In this document: one piece after another, positions 22,701 to 31,700 of the stretch
Layout: every line of letters starts with the position of its first letter
Numbering within the stretch: position 1 is the stretch's first letter
Assembly (NCBI RefSeq): GCF_004010195.1
Contig: NC_057720.1
Location: 36,824,334-36,859,605 of the forward strand
Reading direction: 5' to 3'
DNA: 35,272 nucleotides
Source: Chiloscyllium plagiosum
Taxonomy: Eukaryota
Position numbers and translations under genes: made by a program
The notes under the pieces: model-generated
The model's database searches: none
What the model was told of the DNA's origin: nothing
Seen by the model: the letters and a program-made list of their open reading frames with translations, nothing else

Positions 22701-25700
22701 ACATTGCACATGTGCATAACGGCACGAAGACTGCACTGACATCGCACATGTGTGTAACGGCACTGACATTGCACATGTGTGTAACAGCACGAAGACTGCA
22801 CTGACATTGCACATGTGCATAACGGCACGAAGACTGCACTGACATCGCACATGTGCGTAACGGCACGAAGACTGCACTGACATCGCACATGTGTGTAACA
22901 GCACTGACATTGCACATGTACGTAACGGCACGAAGACCAGCACTGACATTGCACATGTGTGTAACAGCACGAAGACTGCACTGACATTGCACATGTGCAT
23001 AACAGCACGAAGACTGCACTGACATCGCACATGTGTGTAACGGCACTGACATTGCACATGTGTGTAACAGCACGAAGACTGCACTGACATTGCACATGTG
23101 TGTAACAGCACTGACATTGCACATGTACGTAACGGCACGAAGACCAGCACTGACATTGCACATGTGTGTAACAGCACGAAGACTGCACTGACATCGCACA
23201 TGTGTGTAACAGCACTGACATTGCACATGTACGTAACGGCACGAAGACCAGCACTGACATTGCACATGTGTGTAACAGCACGAAGACTGCACTGACATCG
23301 CACATGTGTGTAACAGCACTGACATTGCACATGTACGTAACGGCACGAAGACCAGCACTGACATTGCACATGTGTGTAACAGCACGAAGACTGCACTGAC
23401 ATCGCACATGTGTGTAACAGCACTGACATTGCACATGTACGTAACGGCACGAAGACCAGCACTGACATTGCACATGTGTGTAACACATCGCGCATGTGCG
23501 TAACGGCACAAAGACCAGCGCTGACATCGTGCATGTGTGTAACGGCACAAAGACCAGCGCCGACATCGCGCATGTGCGTAACGGCACAAAGACCAGCGCT
23601 GACATCGTGCATGTGTGTAACGGCACAAAGACCAGCGCCGACATCGCGCATGTGCGTAACGGCACAAAGACCAGCGCTGACATCGTGCATGTGTGTAACG
23701 GCACAAAGACCAGCGCCGACATCGCGCATGTGCGTAACGGCACAAAGACCAGCGCTGACATCGTGCATGTGTGTAACGGCACAAAGACCAGCGCCGACAT
23801 CGCGCATGTGCGTAACGGCACAAAGACCAGCGCTGACATCGTGCATGTGTGTAACGGCACAAAGACCAGCGCCGACATCGCGCATGTGCGTAACGGCACA
23901 AAGACCAGCGCTGACATCGTGCATGTGTGTAACGGCACAAAGACCAGCGCCGACATCGCGCATGTGCGTAACGGCACAAAGACCAGCGCTGACATCGTGC
24001 ATGTGTGTAACGGCACAAAGACCAGCGCCGACATCGCGCATGTGCGTAACGGCACAAAGACCAGCGCTGACATCGTGCATGTGTGTAACGGCACAAAGAC
24101 CAGCGCCGACATCGCGCATGTGCGTAACGGCACAAAGACCAGCGCTGACATCGTGCATGTGTGTAACGGCACAAAGACCAGCGCCGACATCGCGCATGTG
24201 CGTAACGGCACAAAGACCAGCGCTGACATCGTGCATGTGTGTAACGGCACAAAGACCAGCGCCGACATCGCGCATGTGCGTAACGGCACAAAGACCAGCG
24301 CTGACATCGTGCATGTGTGTAACGGCACAAAGACCAGCGCCGACATCGCGCATGTGCGTAACGGCACAAAGACCAGCGCTGACATCGTGCATGTGTGTAA
24401 CGGCACAAAGACCAGCGCCGACATCGCGCATGTGCGTAACGGCACAAAGACCAGCGCTGACATCGTGCATGTGTGTAACGGCACAAAGACCAGCGCCGAC
24501 ATCGCGCATGTGCGTAACGGCACAAAGACCAGCGCTGACATCGTGCATGTGTGTAACGGCACAAAGACCAGCGCCGACATCGCGCATGTGCGTAACGGCA
24601 CAAAGACCAGCGCTGACATCGTGCATGTGTGTAACGGCACAAAGACCAGCGCCGACATCGCGCATGTGCGTAACGGCACAAAGACCAGCGCTGACATCGT
24701 GCATGTGTGTAACGGCACAAAGACCAGCGCCGACATCGCGCATGTGCGTAACGGCACAAAGACCAGCGCTGACATCGTGCATGTGTGTAACGGCACAAAG
24801 ACCAGCGCCGACATCGCGCATGTGCGTAACGGCACAAAGACCAGCGCTGACATCGTGCATGTGTGTAACGGCACAAAGACCAGCGCCGACATCGCGCATG
24901 TGCGTAACGGCACAAAGACCAGCGCTGACATCGTGCATGTGTGTAACGGCACAAAGACCAGCGCCGACATCGCGCATGTGCGTAACGGCACAAAGACCAG
25001 CGCTGACATCGTGCATGTGTGTAACGGCACAAAGACCAGCGCCGACATCGCGCATGTGCGTAACGGCACAAAGACCAGCGCTGACATCGCGCATGTGCGT
25101 AACGGCACAAAGACCAGCGCTGACATCGTGCATGTGTGTAACGGCACAAAGACCAGCGCTGACATCGTGCATGTGTGTAACGGCACAAAGACCAGCGCTG
25201 ACATCGTGCATGTGTGTAACGGCACAAAGACCAGCGCTGACATCGTGCATGTGTGTAACGGCACAAAGACCAGCGCTGACATCGTGCATGTGTGTAACGG
25301 CACAAAGACCAGCGCTGACATCGTGCATGTGTGTAACGGCACAAAGACCAGCGCTGACATCGTGCATGTGTGTAACGGCACAAAGACCAGCGCTGACATC
25401 GTGCATGTGTGTAACGGCACAAAGACCAGCGCTGACATCGTGCATGTGTGTAACGGCACAAAGACCAGCGCTGACATCGTGCATGTGTGTAACGGCACAA
25501 AGACCAGCGCCGACATCGCGCATGTGTGTAACGGCACAAAGACCAGCGCTGACATCGCGCATGTGTGTAACGGCACAAAGACCAGCGCCGACATCGCGCA
25601 TGTGCGTAATGGCACAAAGACCAGCGCCCACATCGCGCATGTGTGTAACGGCACAAAGACCAGCGCCGACATCGCGCATGTGCAGGATGGTATGAAGACC

Positions 25701-28700
25701 GGCACTGACATCACACATGTGTGAAGACCTGCTTTGACGGCACAAAGCCCGGTACCAATTCATGCATGCACGTAAAAGCACGAACACCAGCGCCTAAGCA
25801 GAATGGTGCGGACATCGACATATGTGCATAATGAAGCACGTAAATCGATCCCCACTGGATTTGCAGTGTTGCCAGTGGAGGTAAGCATTCTCGAAAATAC
25901 CGTTCCCTAATTTTTCAGTAACGTTATAGCCAAATCTTACTGCCGAAATGTACGTTATCCCAGAACCACCTGTATATCAAAAATGTCATACGCCTGCATG
26001 TATAAATCTCTGGAAATAACCTGACTTACCAGAAGTTAGTTTGAAATAAAACTGTACCTTGAATGAAGAAATACAATAAGAACATTAAAAAATCTATTTT
26101 TCAAAACAGTAGAACACAGTAGGGTGGAAATTAGTCTCTAGCAATGATGCAAAACAGACAGTTTCCTGCTGAGTTTCTTCAGCAATCTGTGTGTTTCATG
26201 TTCCAGCATCTGCAGTAATTAGCTTTTAACTGCATTGGCTGTCCGCTATATGCAGTGCCTGGTATTTAATTGTATTGATAGCAATGGAACTGAATATCAG
26301 AAAGTGCACATAACAGGTTACCAACCCAGTACTGACCCCTGAAATTATGGAGTATGAGTATGAAAGGTTGCTCATTTTTAGTGAGAAAACATGTTAATCA
26401 GGAGTTAATTGAACTTTGTGACTCTCGAGGTGTCATCTCTAAAATTAAACTTGGTCCTTTGTTATTATAGTAAATTGTCTTCTTAATGTTATTCTTGCAG
26501 GAAGTGAATGAAATGTGGTCTGGCCTAGGATATTATTCTAGAGGAAGACGATTATATGAAGGAGCACAAAAGGTATTGGAGGCATTCTTCCACGACTGGT
26601 ATAATTGATATCCTTGTCATCTCTGTGCTTTTACTTTAGATAAAAATGTCCAACAGTCAATAAATACACTTCAACATATTAACAATATCCAGGCAGTGCA
26701 CTGTGGTAAATGTACTGAAGTTTGACTGTTGCTCTGTGATAGGATATTAGCAGTCCAAATGATGACCTCAGTTGTCTGTGTAGCGTGTTCCTAATAACAG
26801 TTATGCTGCTGTAAAAAGAACTACAGAGGCCACATGTGTCATTGTAAGAAAATGACAAAGAATCATAGAACTGTTCTAACTCATTCTTTATTGCTGCACG
26901 ACTACATTCAAAGCAAGTTGGAGGAAATGTCTGAATGACAACGGTGCCACCCTTTGAACCAGGGAAGGCCTATATTACCAACATCATATCAGAATGTGGA
27001 AAAGACTTGATTCAGATCATGCAAAATTATGCAATCTTCGAATGTATTTTTCTCCTCATAGGTTATATCAGAATTCAAAGGTGAGATGCCACAGAATGCA
27101 GAGGAGCTACAGAAGCAGCTGCCTGGGGTTGGGAGATACACAGCTTCTGCCATTGCCTCAATCGCATTTGGACAGGTGAAGAAAGAACATATCTGGCCTT
27201 TCTCTCTGTCTGCATGGCTATGTTGAGAGTGTGGTGCTGGAAAAGCACAGCAGGTCAGGCAGCATCCGAGGAGCAGGAGAATTGATGTTTCGGGCAAAAG
27301 CCCTTCATCAGGAATGAGGCTTGTGGGCCGGGAGACGGAGAGATAAATGGGAAGGGGAATGGGGGGGATGGTAGCTGAGAGTGGAATAGGTAGATGGGGG
27401 TGAGGGAGAAGGTGTTCTGAGGAGCTACTTTGCCATATTTATTATCAAGTGTCATAAATTCAAGCATATCTGTATTAAGAAGCATTCTTATTGGGAAATA
27501 GAGTTTGTAATGTGTACTCACTTGGTAAATAACTGATTTGTCATATTTTATTAATTGAGAGCTCTGGCATGGGAAATACTTTACTCCCAGTATTATCAGA
27601 AAAGTCCACTTATGTATTCAATTTTAAGATAAGTAACTGCATTGAAAGATTCATTGTTTCTCAGTGTCCAGATGATCTTTGTAATTTACCCTCTCCGCCC
27701 AAAAGGAATTGTATTCAAGCAAGAGTCAAGAGAGAAATGAAAAACAGGAATGAAAAGAGAATCAAGAGGGCAACCTATTTAGGCATAGGAAAACAAAGTG
27801 GGTGGTGTTTGTACAAGTGCTTTCAGACCATAAGATATAGGAGCAGAAATTAAGACATTCAATCCATTGAGTCTGCTCTGCCATTCAATCATGGTTGATA
27901 AATTGCTCAACCTCTTTCTCCCCGAAACCCTTGATCCCCTTTATACTCGAGGATCTATCTAAGTCTTAAATATTCAATGACCCCCCCCCCCCCCCCCAGG
28001 ACTCCACACACTTCTGTGGCAACGAATTCCATAGATTCTCCACTCTTTGGCTGAAGAAGTTTCTCCTTCTCTCCATTCTAAACGATTTTCCCTTTACTCT
28101 AAGGCTGTGCCTTTGGTCCTAGTCTCTCCTACCAATGGAAACATTTTCCCAGCATCTACTCTGCCCAGGACATTCAGTATTTTGTATGTTTCAATTATAT
28201 CCCCCCATCCTTCTAAACTCCATCAAGTTTAGACATTCCTCGTATGTTAAACTTTTCATTCCCAGGACCATTCTCGTGAACCTCCTCTGAACCCGCTGCA
28301 GGGCCACTACATCCTTCCTGAGATATGGGATCCAAAACTGCACACAATACTCCAAATGTACTTTGAGAAAGCAAGAAAACCCTGTTATTTAAGTAGTGTA
28401 TTTCATGACAACAGAACATTCCAGATGTTGCTTTATAACCAATTACATAATTTAAAATTACACTTATTGCTGTAATGTAGTGGAGACAACGTAGCCAATT
28501 TGCACACGGTAAGTTCCCGCAAACAGAAATGAGAAAATGACCTTAACTGAGGGATAAATATTGGCAAGGGCACTAGGAATAACTATCTGGTGTTCTTCTT
28601 TGAAATAGTGCCATGGGATCTTTAATCTCTGCCTGAGAGAGCAGATGGATCTGGGTTTGATATCTCATCTGAGGGATATCTTCTTGAAGTTAAACTTTTT

Positions 28701-31700
28701 GACCTTGAGCATTAAGAATCTTTAAACACTTGCTCCATGAAACTTTTGCTCCATGGAATATTTCACAATATTAAGAGGGCAACAAACACAAAAGAAGTAT
28801 CATAAGGGAATGCAACCTCTTCATTGTGTGGGATTTGCATTTTGCGAAGTATATAGTTCATTGGTGCCATTCTAAATTGTTATGCATTGCTTATGCTCTT
28901 TTAATACATCTAAAAATCTCACCTTGCTGCTGGAAAAGTTAGCAGTGGATATTTGAATGTGAAGCTTTACTTGTAGGTAACTGGAGTAGTGGATGGGAAT
29001 GCTGTACGAGTACTGTGTCGCGTTAGAGCAATTGGAGCAGACAGCACCAGTTCAACAGTGATTGAAGTACTTTGGTACGATTCACTTTTATCTTACTGAT
29101 GTATTCTACGTACTGACTACCAGCATGTTAACATTTTTTTAATAAGTAACTATCCCTTTAATTCCAACCTTTCTGATGATTTTAACAACTTCCCCTTCCT
29201 ATCTGGCATTGCTATTTGGGGGTGGATGTTAAGATCACAGATCTATGGGCAGCAGAGTGGTTAGCACTGCTGCCGCAAAGCGCCAGAGACCCAGGTTCAG
29301 TTCCCGCCTCAGGCAACTGTCTGTGTGGAGTTTGCACATTCTCCCCGTGTCTGCGTGGGTTTCCTCCGGGTGCTCTGGTTTCCTCCCACAGTCCAAAGAT
29401 GTGCAGGTTAGGTGAATTGGCCATGCTAAATTGCCTGTAGTGTTAGGTGAAGGGGTAAATGTAGGGGAATGGATCTGGGTGGTTTGCTCTTCTGAGGGTG
29501 GACTTGTTGGACCGAAGGGCCTGTTTCCACACTATAAGTAACCTAATCTTAAAAAAAAGTAATCTAATCTAATCTCTGACAGAACTGTTTAGTGAATGAA
29601 TTTAAATGAATAAATCTTGCAGTCTTGATTTATGCAACAAAAACAGAAATTAATATGAAAGCTCAGCAGGTCTGGCAGCATCTATGGACAGAAATCAGAG
29701 CTAACGTTTTGGGTCGAGTGATTCTTCCTCTGAACTTGGGTCTGAGGAAGGGTCACTTGACCTGAAACATTAAATTAATTTCTGTCCATAGATGCTGTCA
29801 GACTTTCTGAGCTTTTTCCACCAGTTTCTGTTTTTGTTTCTGATTTACAGCATCCACAGTTCTTTTGTTTTTTTTAATGCAAGTTGTTTGGATTATCTCC
29901 TAAAACCTAAAACGACAGAAATAATTGAGATGAACCTTTTGATCTGGCATTCAAACTAACTTTGGCATTGAGAATTGAGCTGCTATTATTGTTTTTACCA
30001 CAAATTTGCAATGGCTGATTGGAAAGATTTCCACTAAAGAGAGTGTAGAAATGCTTAGATTTTGATACAGACTTCATATACGGATATTTCAAATTTAGCT
30101 GTATGGTGGTCTTTCATGACAGGATGTTGGCGAATACCTTGGTGGACCCATTAAGACCGGGTGACTTTAACCAAGCTATAATGGAGCTGGGTGCTACTGT
30201 CTGTACTCCCAAGGCTCCCCTTTGTTCGGAATGTCCTGTTAAGGCCCACTGTAGAGCTTACCATCAGGTTGGTTTTGAATTATCACTGAAAAAGGTAATG
30301 GAACTGACTGTGCGAGATAGAATGTACACTAATTGCCAACTTTTGTGACCAAGGTAAAGATCTGTGCCACTAGGAATTATTTCATATGTTGGCTGATTTT
30401 ATCATTGATGAGTGCTTCTGCTCTTGACTGAGTGATCCAGGATTTCCTAAGGGTTGGTGCATGTTCAGATTTCAATCCCAGCAAGCATACCTCTGAACTA
30501 GGTTCAGCTAGGAAATCCCAAAAGAAAATCTTAGCACTATGATTTTGTCAGTGACAGCTCATGACATCTTAGTATTTTCACATATGAAGGTCTCTCTCCA
30601 CCGTGTTCCACTTTGAGATCATTCCACTGCTCTGCCTAAGCTTTCACCAGTACCTCATCTTAGCATTCCATTTGAGTACTAATTTGTCTCAGCAGATTCT
30701 AATATACCTTGATTATCACTTTCAATTTTCATCAGAATTTGTTATTCCTTCTTACATTTGACAGCACCTTCCAGTGTTCCCATATCCTAAAATATTTCTT
30801 CCCTGGTGCAAGTCAAATTTCCACAACCCCAGCTCCTAAATGCTATCCCCATCTTAAAGCTATCAAGCCTCACAGCTTTCCCTAACTTTAATTATTAGAA
30901 CTCACCGGTTAACTGAAACATAGTTCTGCTCTACTCCTTTAAACTTGGATGTTAAACAATGAAAGATATTTAAGTATCCAAGTGTTAAATTAGCTATTAA
31001 TAGTTCTCATTGGGGTGTTGTATGATGTGAGCTATTCATGGTGAGGGTAAGGAATATTGAAATGGAATCAAAGGAACTTTAATCTGCATCTTACCCCAGG
31101 TAAAGATCATTTTGTTCCTTTTGGAGCTGCCGCTGTGTAAACAGAGGAAAAAGCTTTCGTTTACTGATACTGACATTCTTCAACTTGTTGGGTTTCCCCA
31201 ATTTAACTGTCCACCTGAAAACTAAGCATGGAGAGTTTAAGCTGCTTGTAAACCCATCAGACTAATCTTGTTTTTTTTTAAACAACTGTGCAGTGAGAAA
31301 GGAGTGAAAGAGAATGGCAAACATAATAGACAATGTGTATGTCATAATCTCTGCATCAGTTATGTTGCCCACTTCACAATAATGACATTGTCTCGAAAAC
31401 ACTTTGAGTGGTTATGTTATTGCAAAAGTTTCTAAGTAAATATTAACTTTTCTTCTGTTGATGCTCATTCCAGGTTTTGAAGAAGCAGGAATCAGTCTCA
31501 AAAAGACTGCTGGGCAATACCTTGTCAAAAATTTCCCCCACCCCAGATATTGAAGAGTGTGGTAAGAATTATCAATAATTATCAATAACCTATGCATAGA
31601 TCTCTGTATGTATTTAGGAACTATTAACACTGGGAATACATGGTACAAATGAACAATTTATGATGTGATTTTTAAAAAATTAATTCCTTTTTGAATTCTC

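Larger units (their letters stand above)
17328..25972. mobile_element. Putative non-autonomous Tc1/mariner-pogo (Tigger-like) element hosting the Gypsy insertion and the minisatellite
   Basis: Left end TA|CAGGTAGTTCTTCCATAATG; right end, reverse-complemented, TA|CAGGTGGTTCTGGGATAACG. 15 of 20 positions match and both ends are TA-flanked. Confidence 0.65.

Noticed and set aside
21583..25787. ORFs of 742-1363 aa in five frames, Cys/His-rich
   Set aside because: The 39-bp unit is a multiple of 3 and its only stops (TGA, TAA) fall in a single plus frame. Openness in five frames, frame-shifting 38-bp units and the intronic location indicate a non-coding minisatellite.
21640..25800. CRISPR-like array
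   Set aside because: Units are head-to-tail with no unique spacers, there are no cas genes, and the context is vertebrate.
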